Source: Eledone cirrhosa (Eukaryota). From it: a DNA stretch of 64,000 nt. Below, one piece after another: positions 1-44,105 of this stretch. The stretch covers positions 321,346,001-321,410,000 of the forward strand of contig OZ024740.1 of NCBI GenBank assembly GCA_964016885.1. The letters run 5' to 3'. Every line of letters begins with the position of its first letter. Positions within the stretch are counted from its first letter, which is position 1. A model generated the notes under the pieces. That model ran no database searches. It was not told the DNA's origin and was given only the letters and a program-made list of their open reading frames with translations. The position numbers and the translations under genes were made by a program.

Positions 1-380
1 CGGGAGCCCACATGCTGGTTGCATCTCATATATCCAAAATATGAAAATTTCAAGCTGCTTGTTTTGCTTTGTTTCCATGGGAATATAGTAAACATAGAAT
101 GGTTGAATTGTTAAGAGATTCACTTCACAATCATTATATCCTGGGTTCAATCCCACTGTGTGGCATCTTCGGCAAATATAATTTACCATAGACTTATGTT
201 AACCCAAGCCTTGTGAATAAAATTGGAATCCCATCAGGTGGACTGTACTTGTGATTCAAAGGACCAGCCTTGTTACACAGCCTCCCTGAGAATTTACATT
301 ACTCTATATTTACTATTATATTTTTACAGTAAAGGCTTTACATAATTATCTCACATAATATCGAATCTATGAGATAGGCA

Positions 381-645
381 CATAACCATTGGTGAGCTAG
401 CACCAAAGATCAGAGTTAGCTATGGTTGTGCTCACAACATTATTGAGTCACTCGGATATTCAAAAGTGTGTGCCTGCTAGGTATCGAGACAACTGACAGA
501 TGAGCACAAGACTAAAAGGGTTAACTTTTGCACGGAACTCCTTGAAATCAGTGAAAGAGACAAAACCTTCTTTCAAAGGTTCATAACTGGTGATGAAACA
601 TGGATTCATCATTATAAACCAAAAAGACAATCACTGGAATGGCAT
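381..645 (+). pseudogene. Tc1/mariner transposase fragment (decayed DNA transposon)
   Basis: Translates ITIGELAPKIRVSYGCAHNIIESLGYSKVCAC*VSRQLTDEHKTKRV...RFITGDETWIHHYKPKRQSLEWH. It has the mariner WVP(R/H)xL-like motif (W mutated to stop) and TGDETW, which carries the first catalytic D. Confidence 0.9.
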
Positions 646-3600
646 TATCTGAACATCATTTTTCCTCCCCTTTCTATGCTGGTATGAGTTAGACAGCTGA
701 CACGATCAGAAACCAGACAGGTCAAAGCAACCTATCTTCTTTGTTTCATCCCATATTTGGCATGGCTTTACAGAGTGAACATATTAATTAAATATTTTGG
801 TAAATGAGATAGCTTGGATGTAAAAATCAGTGTAAGTTTAAATTAAAATTATTCATACTTTCAATGTATTATATAAACATAAATATCCATTGATTTATTA
901 TGACTAAAATTTAGTGCAAATCAAAATTAAATAGGGTTTGGAATTTAAAAAATTATATCATACAGCTGTAAACACCATTATACATCATTTGATTGTAGTA
1001 CATCAGCAGTTTGACTAAATATAGAATATATATACTATATATACACTGTAAAGACATTCTTCAGTCTGTAACATGTTTTATTAATTAGATATGTTACGTT
1101 GGCATTATGAAGGCTATCCAGCTATAGAAACCATGCCACTAATGGAACATATGAGCAATACATGGTCACTTGACCTGCCTAGCCTCAGAAGGTGACAACC
1201 CATCTAACATATGCAAGCATGGAAAATAGACATTAAATAACAATAATTGTTTCTACTTTTAGTACAAGGCCAGCAATTACCCGTGCATTATCGGTGCTTT
1301 ATTTTACCGCAATAATGATGACCATCATATTTCAGTCAATGCAGTAATTCTCTTCTGAATTACTATACATCCTATTAAAAGGTGAACAGAAATGGAAGTT
1401 ATATTCTCTTGATGAAGAAGACAAATTTAACCAAACATGTCCTCCTTAATGTTACTACACTATTGGTATTTTAACAGTGCAGTGTATATATATATATATA
1501 TCATTATCATCACCATTTAACACCCATTTTTCCACGCTATATATGTGGTTGGTGTTAGTAAGGGCATCCAGCTGTAAAAACCCTGGGCAAATTTACAGAC
1601 TTGTCAAAGCAAGGTACAGTGTGGCTAATCCTATCCAGACTTGTCTCTCGATGCAGATGACCCTTCTGCCTCATGCAAGCATGGAAAAATGGATGTTAAA
1701 CGGTGATGATGATGATGATGATGATTATATATATACATAGAGAAAAGAAGTTGAAATTGCAATTGGAGTATTTAAGAAGGTGTTTATTTACAATAATTTA
1801 TAACTTAACCAGTTTCACAAGTTTCATGATTTTCAAAAGTTAAGAGGGATGGAGAAATGTGTGGCTATGCAGACTACCTTAGCAGCCAGCCTCCAGAAGA
1901 CATTGCCCACAAAGTCTTATTAGGATTATGCTTAGCAAGAAGTAGAGGAGGGTTTGGCATTTTGGATGGAGTGAGGGACAGAACAGATATGCACATGAGA
2001 GTTAAGAAAAGGTTAAGAGGTTGAGGGTGGTAGGTGAGAGGTCTGGCATTCGGGTGTGGAGGTCCAGGTATGTCATGTGTGAGCCGATGGGGTGAAATTG
2101 GTAGGTGTACATTATTGCTTGTCTGTGTGTTTAAATCATATATTATTGGTGTGTGTATGTGACTTTTTTGTATTGTTTCTATGTATGTGTGTACATTTGT
2201 GTGTGAGCATGTATGTGTGTATGTGAATATCCACATGTAGTCTGAAGGTGTCCAAGAGAGATATGGTCAGCATGTTGGTGTTAACAAAGTGGTGAGGTGA
2301 GGGAGAGCAGTGGCAGCACACGGAGTATGGAAGTTGTTTGGGAGGGAGCTGTGGTGGCACTAGGTGTGTGGTACAGGGGTGAATGTAGTAGTAAATGAGG
2401 TTGTTAGTAGTTAGTTGTGGGTGGGTATATGTGTATTGGTGGTAGAGCAGCAAGGAGCGAATGTGTGTGTATATATATATATATATATATACCCACACTG
2501 CCACATTTAACCCTTTTCACACCAAACTGCTTGAAAAAGCTCCTGGTTCTACGATACAAAACTTTGTTTTAAAATGTTTATATTTATCTAAAAACCTCTG
2601 TTAAGTTATGTTTCAAAACCAACTTCATATTGAGAAAGTTATATTACTAAATCTTCAAATTCTTTTTTTATTCCTGAGAGGATCGTGGGGGTAGAGTCCT
2701 CAAACATTCCTTCAGACTAACACTTTGACACCCTTGTAAAAGTTGTGATGTTCGAAGTTCCAATTTTTACAGTTTGCTCCCTTCCCTCTTTGGCATCTTG
2801 AGATACACAATCTTTATGTGTCCATCCCACGCCTCCCAGGACAGGTCGCAGGCCCATCACCGGGTTTTGCAGCATGAACGCATCCCATGTTATCCTGCGC
2901 GAAGGACAATATGGTATGGTATGGTTCGTTTTTGCTTTACTCATCATGTTTCAGTTTCGGTGGTCTTATTCACGCCAGTCATCAATCTGGTACTTTGTCA
3001 AACCCTAGAAGACTAGGCTTATTTAGAGGTGGTCTTTACTCACCTCGTCGTAGCTATGTCACTGGGTTGTGAGAGTTTGCTTGGGAGCTGCAGGTGTCAC
3101 CGATTATTCCAAATTCTTTATTTTCAAAAATCCGAATATCTCAGGCAGTATCTTTCATTATAAAAACTTTCCATTACAAAGTCATGAAAGAGTCTTTGTT
3201 TAATTATTTTGCAAACACAAACTTAATAATGAGGAAGACATTTAACTAAATCCTCTTTAAATTCTTGATTATTTTCATAATTATTTGAAAAACTGTTTTT
3301 TTTTAAAGAAATATGATAACGAGTGTTAAAGAGACATATAAATATATACAATGTCACAGTTAAAGGGGTGTTAGAAAATTGAGGCCACAATTGTAGGGAG
3401 GTAGAAAGAATCTCTGTGACAAGTGATTTACATAGTAAAATCTCCAACATCATGAGTCATCGATTTGAAGGGAAACAATTCATACATTCAGTCAGTTTTC
3501 ACCTGGAAGAAAATATGAAAAAGAATGAGGTTTTTAAATAAAATAGAACAAATACAAATAAAAACAAATATTAATTTCTAATTTTTATCAAATGTAAGGA

Positions 3601-3793
3601 CAGTGGATTGGCACTTTACAGTGTGGGTTGGGCGCTTTTTGTCCTGTTGCTATCACGACTACTTTACAGTGTGGGCTAGGTGCTTTTTGTTTTGATGCCT
3701 ACACGACCACTTTACAGTGTGGGCTGGAGGCTTCACTGGATGTATACTTCAGAGTGAAAGTGAATATTTTAAAAAATTGACCTTTTTCAGAAA

Positions 3794-3906
3794 TTACTTA
3801 CTTTCTGCTTTTGTTGCTGATGCCAAAATCTTTCTTTTCCATTCTTCATAATTAAGGGCTGGTTTTTCAGTATCAATTAATGCTTTTTTAGGACTTGGTT
3901 CAAATT
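3794..3906 (-). CDS. ORC6: ORC6 exon 7 (last coding exon)
   Basis: ttttcag acceptor; EFEPSPKKALIDTEKPALNYEEWKRKILASATKAESK-TAA. Confidence 0.93.
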
Positions 3907-6900
3907 CTGAAAAATAAATTTATCACTCTTTATCATCAATATCATTTTTTGTCCACTTTCCATATTAGCATGGGTTGGACAGGTTATGAAAGTCCAAAAA
4001 TAGATGCATGAGAGACCTCATTTGGCTTATGCTCCATACTTAGCAGGGTTTCTGCAGTTGGATGGCCTTCCTAACACCAACCTCCTTACTGGGTGCATTT
4101 TATCATGGCACTAGCACTACCTCTTTCCATTAAATTTTATGTAAGAACTTTTAAGTTATGTTCTAAAGACTAGATTAATAATGAGAAAGTTATTACTAAA
4201 TCCCTCCAAATTCTCATTTTCTAAAAATTAATATCTAAAAACCTTTCATTGTAGAACATTTGATCAGTTGGAGATGGTTGCTTCTGACGAGACCCAATGG
4301 AAGGAGTGTTTGAGGACTCTGCCCCCATGACCCTCTCAGGAATAAGTGGGGGGAGGAGGAGAAGATAAAGAAAGTGATCAAGACTGTAGTGCTATAACTC
4401 CATGCTATAGCTATACCCATCAATGTTTAAACAGTCCAGTTATCTAAGAAAATGTTATGACATGTAAAAACAATTCTTTTACCTCTGGATCTGGCAGCAA
4501 CTTCTTCTATAAAATTACGAGATTTCTTCTGTACAACTACTTTTTCTTCATCTGAAAATAGAAGGCACAGAAGTTAGTGTAATACCTTAGATAGAAACAT
4601 TAAGTGATGGGAGGTCTTTTCAGTTGTGTAAAGTGGTTGCTGATATACTGATAGGAAAGGCATCCAACCAGAGAAAATTTACTGAACAAAAGGTTGTGAG
4701 GACTCTTCAGTTGTGTCAAAGACATGACAACCTCCCTAGTGCTGGTGCTATAAAAAGCACCCAACATACACTCTGCTGAGTGCAGAAATGTGTGTATGTG
4801 AGATATGGTCTCTGAACCATCTGGGAGGTCAGTATCTTTGATTGTCTCTTTTGATACCAACATGACCCAAACAGCTCCAATTCTAGAATGACAGATCTTT
4901 TGCTTGAAAATATTCATATTTAAATAAAAAATAAAAAATAAAATTTGTTTCCGCTCTTAACGTGGTGGATACCTAAATGTTTTTATGAGTGAATAATAAT
5001 ATTATAAGATTATTAATATTCGGTTTGTTAATAAAAAAAATGTTAAGGAACTATATTTAAGTTAAGCTATGAACTAAACAATAACTTAATAATATGGTTA
5101 GTTATTTTACTAAACTCCTTTAAATTGCTGACTGTTTACAAAATTAATTGAAACAAAGAGGTGGTGCATTTCATTATATAGTAATGAGAGGGCTGTGATG
5201 ACTTATCCAACCATTGTTAAAAGATGATGATGATGATGGTGGTGACATCAACAGTAACTCATCATCATCATCACCATTTTCCACGCTAGCATGGGTTAGA
5301 CGAGTTGTCCTGTTGTGGGCAATACTAGGTCAAGTGACCATGTATTTCTCATACAGAACGGATTTTGGCTTGAATGCCAACTTCATTTACAGTGAGTGTT
5401 GGGTGCTTTTTGTCATAACACCTACACAACCACTTTACAGTGGGCTGGGTGCTTTTTGTCCTAACACCTACACAACCACTATCAGTTTTGCTATAACTTT
5501 TTCAATAACAGATATGATCTGGTCTGTCAACTTAATACTTCTTATAGTGTCCTCTAAAACACTATCATTATGTACAAATATTCTACCAGTTGAAACAAAT
5601 ATTCTATAAGTTGAAACAAAAGCAGTGAATAACAGAATTTGACATCATTAGAATGTTTTGTGATATTTGTTCCAACTCTCTGCACTCTGAGTTCAAATCC
5701 CATGTAGGTGAATTTTGCCTTTCATCATTTTGAGGTCAATAAAGTATCAGTCTAATACTTGGGTCAATTCTTCCTCACTTTTGTTCTCACATTCTCTCTC
5801 TCTACTTCTAGAAAATAATCAGCTGATTTCAGAGGTTGAGAGTAATGGACTCTGCCAGGTTTAAATATGCAAAACATACTGCAACTCCATCAGGAGTTAA
5901 CTCTTTAGGATTTACATTACTCTATATTTACAATTGTATTTTCAGTTAAGTCTTTACCTTACATAATATCAAATCTATGAGATTTTGATATTTATTTTGA
6001 GAACAATACCTTAACATCTGCATGAACAGCCAATTATAGCCGGTTTGAACAGAAATAGGTGAGAGAATTCTGGCCGGATACGGTCGGTTTAAATGCTAAA
6101 GGGTTAAGGGGTAATGCATGGCATAGAAGTTGAAATAAAACACAACACAAATTTTACTGAAATGGAGACAGACTCAGTAAAATATGTGGAGTTTGATAAA
6201 CATCAGACAGAAAATCAATTATTTCTTCTTCGCCCACTTATTCCTGAGAGGGTTGTGGGGACAGAGTCCTCAAACACTCCTTCCAGCGGGTCCTGTCAGA
6301 AGCAACCGTCCCCCAGGTGAAGCAGAAACTGCTGAGCTGAACAATGTCCATTCTGTCTCAACGTCCTCAGTTTGCTCAGGGAGTTCTCTGAATTTGGATG
6401 CAAAATCAATTACAGAGAACTAATTCTTCTGACCTAATTTATAATGTCAATAAGGTGAAGGCTGGTTATTCAACTTACTTTTTATATCGTCAACATATTT
6501 TGTAAGTTGTTGAACCAGTCGGACAAACACAGATTTCTTGACACTGCAGGTCTCTCGAAGTTTCATGCGGTCAATTTTGTATTTATATTTCCTGTTAAAT
6601 AAATAACAATGAAAAAACAATTAATAAATAATTAAAATTATGTGAGATAAAGCCTTTACCATGAAAATATAATTGTCGAGTAATGTAAATGCTAAAGGGT
6701 TAAAATAAACAGTATGATCAAACCAGGGGTGGTTAGGTATTAAATAATGGAATATTTGTTACTTACACACAAGTAGCTTCAACAGCAGCAGCTAAAAACA
6801 GACTAGATTTGAAGTCAATGTCAACACAGCCATTCTTTATCATATCTGATTGGTATCTGCAACAAATATATATACATACACATATAAAATATATACATCA

Positions 6901-8997
6901 TCATAATCAATCTTACGTCTGTTTTGCATTGGTTCTATTCAATCACTATCGCTTTACAGAGTGTACTGGGTGCATTTTATTGTGGCAAATATATATATCT
7001 ACATACACATATAAAATATATACAATATCATCAATTTTACATAAGTTTTTCATTGACTCTGTTCTATCACTATCACTTTACAGTGTACTGGGTGCATTTT
7101 ATCATGACACCGACATTAGAGAAGTCCTCAGCATAACAAAAGGCACCCATCAACCCTACATTGTCTATTTAATCACTAACACTTCGTGGGATGTACTGGA
7201 TGCATTTTATTGTGGCAAATCATCATCATCATCATCATTTAATGTCTGTTTTTCATTGGCTTTGTTCTACCACTACCAAATTTACAGAGTGTATTGGGTG
7301 CTTTTCATTGTGGTACCAACAATAGTGGTTTGCCTTGGATCATACAACCTTACATTGTTTCTATTTACTCAAGACAGGGAGATTAAAAAAAACTTAATTA
7401 ATGTTTTAAAAACCCTTTAAGAATTATTTTACCTGTTGAATGAAGTTAAGAAGTAACTCAAATTTATACTTATTTTCTTTAATGTTTCAAATTTTTAAAG
7501 AATTATTTTACCTGTTGAATGAGGTTAGGATATAGAAGTGCATACATTTTTTATTTAATGTTTTACCTGTTAAGTACTTTCTGTATCACATCAACAATAT
7601 CTGTACAACCAAACTGTACACACAGTTCTCTAATGGACAAAGGTTGCTGTTCTCCCAACAAACTTTCAACAGCTTTCAAAGAATTCAGATAGGCTTTTTT
7701 ATTCATTCCTGACAGTTTCACGGCCACAGACTGCATAAATAATAAATAAAGTGACATGATCATCTGCCTGATAAGTTCATATCAAAGTGTAAAGTATGAA
7801 ATAGAGAATAAACGCAGCATAACAAAATTTTCTCTTAGATCTTATAAATAAATTACTAATGGAATAATTTAGACAGAATTTATAAAATAATTATATAGCT
7901 AAAAAAAATTTCAATGAACTTACCTTATCTGATTCCTTGAGATGATGACCAAATTTGTTGGCTGCGAGAACTAAAGCAATCACACATTTACAGGTCTGGC
8001 TTAATCGAAGTGTTGACAAGGAGATCACATTAGGACCACTCTCCATCTTATGACAGATTTCATTAGCGCGTCTGTAATTAAATTATTTCATTACAATCAA
8101 ATAAACAAATCGATATATATAACACATTTAATATAGAAATGGCTTCTACAGGGCTAGAACTGTTTCATTCGAAGGAAGATTTCCTTCGAATGAAACAGTT
8201 CTAATCCTGTATAAGCCATTTCTATATTAAATTTGTTGTCTGATCGACAAGATGCCAGGCCTCATTCGCTTGCCGAGTGCGGTGAACCTCGTCAAATCGG
8301 ACCAAGGAAACAATGTCGCAACATGAAATAAAATATCTTACTCAAGGACACAACGCATCACCCGGTCCGAGAATTGAACTCACAACCTCACGATTGCGAA
8401 TCCAATTCTCTAACCACTCAGCCACACGTCTTCACATACACGTGTGTATAAAATGTACGCCGTTGAAATATATATATATATATATATATGTGTGTAAATC
8501 AATGGATCAGATCAGTTAAAAAATGTCTGGAACGAGATCTATTGTCATCGATATTCGATTATATATATATATAATAATCAGGTATCGATGACAATTGATC
8601 TCGTTTCAGACATTTTTTTTAACTGATCTGATCCATTGATTTACACACATATTTCAACGACGTATATTTGTACACACGTATATATATTTCTACATTTATA
8701 TTTATACGCACATACATATAGATACACGTATTTATTTATACATAATACATATATTTATTTACCATCCATACATATATATTTATACACACGTATGTATATA
8801 GATAGATCAGGATTATACCAGTTTTAAACAAGAGTACTCAATACTAGGGATAGTAGAGTATGGTTATATTATAAAGAGTCGGAATCCTACTCTTTATAAT
8901 ATATATATATATATATATAAATGAAAAACAAATTATATATTTACTTGAGAACTGCAACATCCGTTAATCCTAGCTTGGTTCCTAACATCTGAAGCAT
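3794..8997 (-). CDS. ORC6: Origin recognition complex subunit 6, spliced gene, 249 aa
   Basis: complement(join(3794-3906,4483-4551,6479-6591,6767-6856,7567-7730,7924-8071,8945-8997)) = 750 nt. All introns are GT-AG and the phases are consistent. Protein MLQMLGTKLGLTDVAVLKRANEIC...KLSGMNKKAYLNSLKAVESLLG...IRELCVQFGC...LNYEEWKRKILASATKAESK* carries the ORC6 C-terminal YEEWKRKIL motif. Confidence 0.95.
4483..4551 (-). CDS. ORC6: ORC6 exon 6
   Basis: AG/GT bounded, 69 nt, phase 1-1; NEEKVVVQKKSRNFIEEVAARSR. Confidence 0.85.
6479..6591 (-). CDS. ORC6: ORC6 exon 5
   Basis: AG/GTAAGT bounded; KYKYKIDRMKLRETCSVKKSVFVRLVQQLTKYVDDIK. Confidence 0.92.
6767..6856 (-). CDS. ORC6: ORC6 exon 4
   Basis: AG/GTAAGT bounded; YQSDMIKNGCVDIDFKSSLFLAAAVEATC. 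Confidence 0.92.
7567..7730 (-). CDS. ORC6: ORC6 exon 3
   Basis: SVAVKLSGMNKKAYLNSLKAVESLLGEQQPLSIRELCVQFGCTDIVDVIQKVLNR; lies within ORF 7563..7763. Confidence 0.95.
7924..8071 (-). CDS. ORC6: ORC6 exon 2
   Basis: AG/GTAAGT bounded; RANEICHKMESGPNVISLSTLRLSQTCKCVIALVLAANKFGHHLKESDK. Confidence 0.9.
8149..8232. repeat. Palindromic element in ORC6 intron 1 (family also at 54555-54772 and 55181-55286)
   Basis: aatatagaaatggcttctacagggctagaactgtttcattcgaaggaa and its inverted copy. Confidence 0.85.
8300..8433 (-). mobile_element. tRNA-derived (CORE-like) SINE
   Basis: Reverse complement of the GAAG(A/G)CGTGTGGCTGAGTGGTTAG...GTGAGTTC(A/G)ATTC...GTGTCCTTGAG family; related copies at 15235, 16045, 21832, 31840, 48902 and 60550. 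Confidence 0.75.
8440..8679. repeat. Long inverted repeat (~100-bp arms) around a (TA)n core in ORC6 intron 1
   Basis: gtgtgtaaatcaatggatcagatcagttaaaaaatgtctg...gtcatcgata pairs with tatcgatgac...cagacattttttttaactgatctgatccattgatttacacac. Confidence 0.85.
8945..8997 (-). CDS. ORC6: ORC6 exon 1 (start codon)
   Basis: aagATG; MLQMLGTKLGLTDVAVLK; GTAAAT donor. Confidence 0.88.
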
Positions 8998-9289
8998 CTT
9001 GTTAATTAATTAATTAAGAGATCGAAAGAAATACGTTGGCGCTAATCAACACAGCTGTTTACTTTTAACACCATACAGATTTCCCGCGAAATATTGAATC
9101 ATGGGAAAACAAATTAATATTTTTTTTTTTTTATTAAATTAGAATTAATTAAATTGTATTTATAAAAAATAACTATTTCATCGAAATTATATGATCCAAA
9201 AATGTTTATTTTAAATTAAATTCATTTTCAGAACCCAAAATCTCGATATAATCTCGTTAGAACGAGTCAATTAATCACATGATTTCATC
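8998..9289. promoter_or_regulatory. Bidirectional promoter/5'UTR region shared by ORC6 and VPS35, with an E2F-type site
   Basis: Only 292 bp separate the divergent ATGs. TTTCCCGCGAAA at 9080-9091 matches the E2F consensus TTTSSCGC and is quasi-palindromic. There is also TTGGCGC near 9036. Confidence 0.75.
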
Positions 9290-39863
<30,574 letters not shown>

Positions 39864-40439
39864 GGACATAGCGAACATCTTAAATAAACTCTAAACTCCA
39901 ATCATTTTCCATTGATATAGCCATCTCAGACTAGAGAGAGAGACGAAGCGAAGCTTTCTTTTCTCTCCAGCATTTGGCTCAAGTAATTTCTGAATGCTTC
40001 TATATGTGATTTAGGTGTAAAATATATTGGGATTTTTTTCTATAATCACCTAATTCATGATGTATAGAAAATACTTATTGGGGAGAGACAAACAAAAATA
40101 AACTGGTCCATAGCCCTTGTTGAGTATTATATAAACTTTATTATTATTATTAACATTATTATTATTCTATAAAAAAAGATGAAGAAGAAGAAATCATGAT
40201 TTGTATTTAACAAGAAACAATGAAATGTAAATTCTCTATTTGACTTTCTGGTTGTTATATTTTTTTTATTTAATTCATTAAACTCCAAATATATTAAAAT
40301 ATCTCCTTTGGGAGATTAACTGGATTATTTCTAACCTTGCCAGCAATAAATATCTTTTATGCTTGACTGATCAAAATTAGTTCTTGAACTGAAGGAAATT
40401 TCAGTGAGATGTTTTAGCCTATCTTCATTTTGGATCTAA

Positions 40440-41035
40440 CTGGGTCAATTTCCATAAAGAAATTTTTGGTTTGAGGCAACTTTATGGCAGTTTCCATAGA
40501 TAAAACCATTTTGGGTCTGAAGCAATTTTCTGGCAATTTCCATAAATCCATTTTTGGTCTGAGGAAATTTCCATAAAGTCAATTTTGGTGTAACTGAGGC
40601 AACTTTATGGAATTTCCATAACCCAGTTTTGGGTCTGTCTGAGGCAATTTTCTAGCAATATACTGGCAATTTCTATAAATGTATTTTGGTCTGAGACAAT
40701 TTTATGGCAATTTCCATAAACCCATTTTAATTCATGTTTTCATTTATTTACTGGCACATTTTTGTTTGTTTATATTTGTTGCTAATTTCTGTTGGATATT
40801 AGCCAGGAATACTAACTGTGCTAACAATAACTGTGGAAATAGCCAAATATTGCTGCTTTTGTTGCTAATTCTGTTGTATATTAGCTAGGTATGCTGTGCT
40901 AACAACAACAACAATATCAACTGTGGAAATAGTCAAATACTACTGCCTTCATTTCTAATTCTGTTGTATATTAGCCAGATATGCTAACTGTGCTAACAAC
41001 AATATCAACTGTGAAAATAGCCAAATATTACTGCC
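40440..41035. repeat. Two degenerate tandem repeats (~40 bp and ~80 bp units) downstream of the VPS35 stop
   Basis: ggcaatttccataaa...ttttggtctgaggcaa units; ctaactgtgctaacaa...ctgtggaaatagccaaatat x3. Confidence 0.7.
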
Positions 41036-42939
41036 CTCATTGTAAACTTTACTGTAATATATAATGAAATTAGAGAATGGAGGGAGTTTAACAGAACAAA
41101 TTACCAGGAATTATAGTTTGAGAAGAAACAACACTTTTTGCCATTCAACCTGCAGTTGGTGCTTTAAACATTAATATCTCTCAATATTAATTATTTGTTT
41201 TTACTATTACTACTACTACTGCTGCCACCTTTCATCTATCCAAGGTCAATAAAGTACCAGTCAAGTATTGGGGTTGAAACTATCAACTTTTTCCCATCCA
41301 AAATTGCTGGCCTTGTGCCTAAATTATAAACCATTATTATTATTACCATCACCTTAGAAATATTGAAGAATTCCTTTTTGTCAATATTAACGTTAAAAAT
41401 GTTATGTTTGTATCAGTTGGAAAACAGTCTATGTTCTCAACCTTTGTTGTTTTAGAAATGACTCTAGTCTTTCAGTCAATGTATTGTATGTCAACTCCTG
41501 GCAATATACACTGTATATACTCATGTATATACTCTGTTCATGGCAATATATATATATATATATACCCTATACACTCATGATAATATATACCATATATACT
41601 TGTGAATAAGTCATACGATTTTCCATGAAAATACATGGAAAACTAACATGTGGCTTATCTACAAAACCTCCATTTAAAATGTGTAGTACATTGTAAATCA
41701 CCATCATTACTGTTTAATGTCTATTTTTCCATGCTTATGTGTGTGTGTGTGTGGTACATTGTATATGTATGTAAAATGGGGGTGTAACTTATACATATGT
41801 ATGAATTGTAATTGTTAATTCTTAATGTCCTGTACTGCATGAAACCACATTAGTATGACATTCTTGAAAAGTACAAATAATCACTACTGTGACTGTATCA
41901 CATTAAAAATTGAAGTCTTTAGTTTACTACAAAATTTCACAACAATCTGTCTATTAACAAACATACTATAAACATTTGAATTAATTAACAAAGATATCTG
42001 TAGATTTATTAAGAAATTAAGGTATAATTTTAAAATAGCTGCTTTGCTTTATACCTGGGCTACAAGAGACAAATGGGTTTGCAGCTCTATGGCACATGAA
42101 AATATTTTTGCTTAGAGTAGCTCCCAACATGATCAAGAAGGAATTTAATATAAACTACTGAGAAATTGTTTAAATGGTATAGATTGATTATTTCATAAAG
42201 ATATTTCTAAATTACCTATCCAATATTGATTTTGATGCTAAAGAATTTATTCTCAAAATTCTGTGATTGATAAATTACTAATAAAATTTAACCCTTTCAG
42301 CAATATGGCCATTTTGATTGTGGTAACAAAACGAAAACAATAACTTAATTGTCTAAAACAATAGCAGACCATTACATTTTTAGATTGATATATCTATCGC
42401 TTATATAATGATCTTGGTTATTACATATTTAGAATGATATATTGCTATATACTGTCTTTGGCTATTACATATATATAAGCCAATATATCACCAATATATG
42501 TAAGGTTGTTGTTTTTTAATTACATATTTAGGCTGATGTATTATCTATGTAATGTTTTAGCTATGTTATTGCTCCAATATATTGGTCTGACTGTGTTATA
42601 AGGGTTAATAAAACTGGACTGAAGCTAAATTATGAACTGGAAAAAGAAATAAGTTACTTTGAGTCTTATTTATGTTAGTTATACATGTGAAATAACAACC
42701 TCTTTACTGCATGGTAATACATGAGGGCATGACTTCTTTCTTGCTGCATGGTTAGACATGAAGGTACGTCTTCCCTGCTACATGATGAAACATGAGCATA
42801 TGACATCTGACCTGCTACATGGTGAAACAATGATATATGTGATCTTATAATTTATCTTGTTTTGTTTATTATATATTTTTTCCCTTATTTTTAACCTGCC
42901 CCAACTCCATTTAACCCTTTCTCTTTTGTAAATTGTTAT

Positions 42940-42980
<41 letters not shown>

Positions 42981-42995
42981 ATATATAGTATATAT

Positions 42996-43037
<42 letters not shown>

Positions 43038-43458
43038 AATATGGTATATATATGCAAATATGGCATATATATATATATATATATATGTATATATGCATAT
43101 ATACATGCATTGGTGATGATGATGATGATGATATATAATATTGCTTTCAATCATAGAAATTACCCATTCTATGGACTAAAAAAAAACTGTTAATGTTCTG
43201 GAAAAGTAAAAGATTTTTTTTCAAATAAAAGATTGAAGTTGTTTGTTTGACTTGTCCCCATTTAACACTCAACATTTTCTGATTTTGTATCTACGAGTTA
43301 TCTTGTTTCATTGAAGTTTCTCTGCACTACATTTTTGCATGTAAACCTAACATCAAACCCTTTGTTTTTTGTTTTTGAATGGCTAAAAATTACTCTTTCT
43401 CAATGTATTTGCTTAGTTTTAACACATGGTTTTACTCAAATCGAGTCACTTGCCAGAC

Positions 43459-43598
43459 AAGTACAACTCCCTAAAAAACATTGTTTCTCTTTATCTTGAT
43501 TTTATAGGGTATACAGTAAAAGTGCAACAGTACAACTCCCTAAAAAACATTGTTTTTCTTTATCTTGATTTTATAGGGTATACAGTAAAAGTGTAACA
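43459..43598. repeat. ~69-bp tandem duplication
   Basis: agtacaactccctaaaaaacattgttt(c/t)tctttatcttgattttatagggtatacagtaaaagtg occurs twice. Confidence 0.9.
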
Positions 43599-43926
43599 AT
43601 GTTTCAACTGTTTAATAAGAAATATTATGTAGATATTATGAAAGAGCAAATTATTTGGATAGAATTGCAAGAGGAGTTGCTTCATTCATATATTTATTGG
43701 CCTCGTCTAACATTGAAACTCTCAAAGTATGACATGATTTCTAAACAAAAGATTCTCTACTTCAAAAAATATATATAGTTTTCTACAAAACTAAAACCAG
43801 GACACAACAATTGTCTGGAACATAACTTAAAAATTCTTGCCTAAAATTATGATGGATAGTGTTAGGGTTAATCATTCTAATTTCTTGAATATTTGAAACT
43901 CATAGGTTGTCATTAATTAGAAATAT

Positions 43927-44105
43927 GGCGGTGGATTGGCAGTATCAGTAGAAGGTTGGATGCCATTGAGTTACGGCCCTTGCCATTCTGAGTTCAAATC
44001 CCGCCGAGGTTAACTTTGCCTTTCATCCTTACGGGGTCGATAAAATAAAGTACCTGTAATACACTGGGGTAATAGCTGGCCTTGTGCCGAAAGTAGAAAC
44101 AATTA
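43927..44105 (+). mobile_element. Full-length young SINE (Nin-like) with 17-bp TSD
   Basis: TSD ATTAATTAGAAATATGG at 43912-43928 and 44102-44118. Confidence 0.88.

Noticed and set aside
1874-2504. His/Pro/Thr-rich minus-strand ORFs
   Set aside because: Low-complexity GT-rich, probably repeat-derived sequence with no splice or homology support.
6809-7420. Longest ORF in the track (203 aa, plus strand)
   Set aside because: It is composed of repeat modules, lies antisense to ORC6 exon 4/intron 3, and has no recognisable protein features.
42778-43154. YIYI-rich ORFs (also near 10084, 50509 and 54791)
   Set aside because: These are translations of (TA)n microsatellites.
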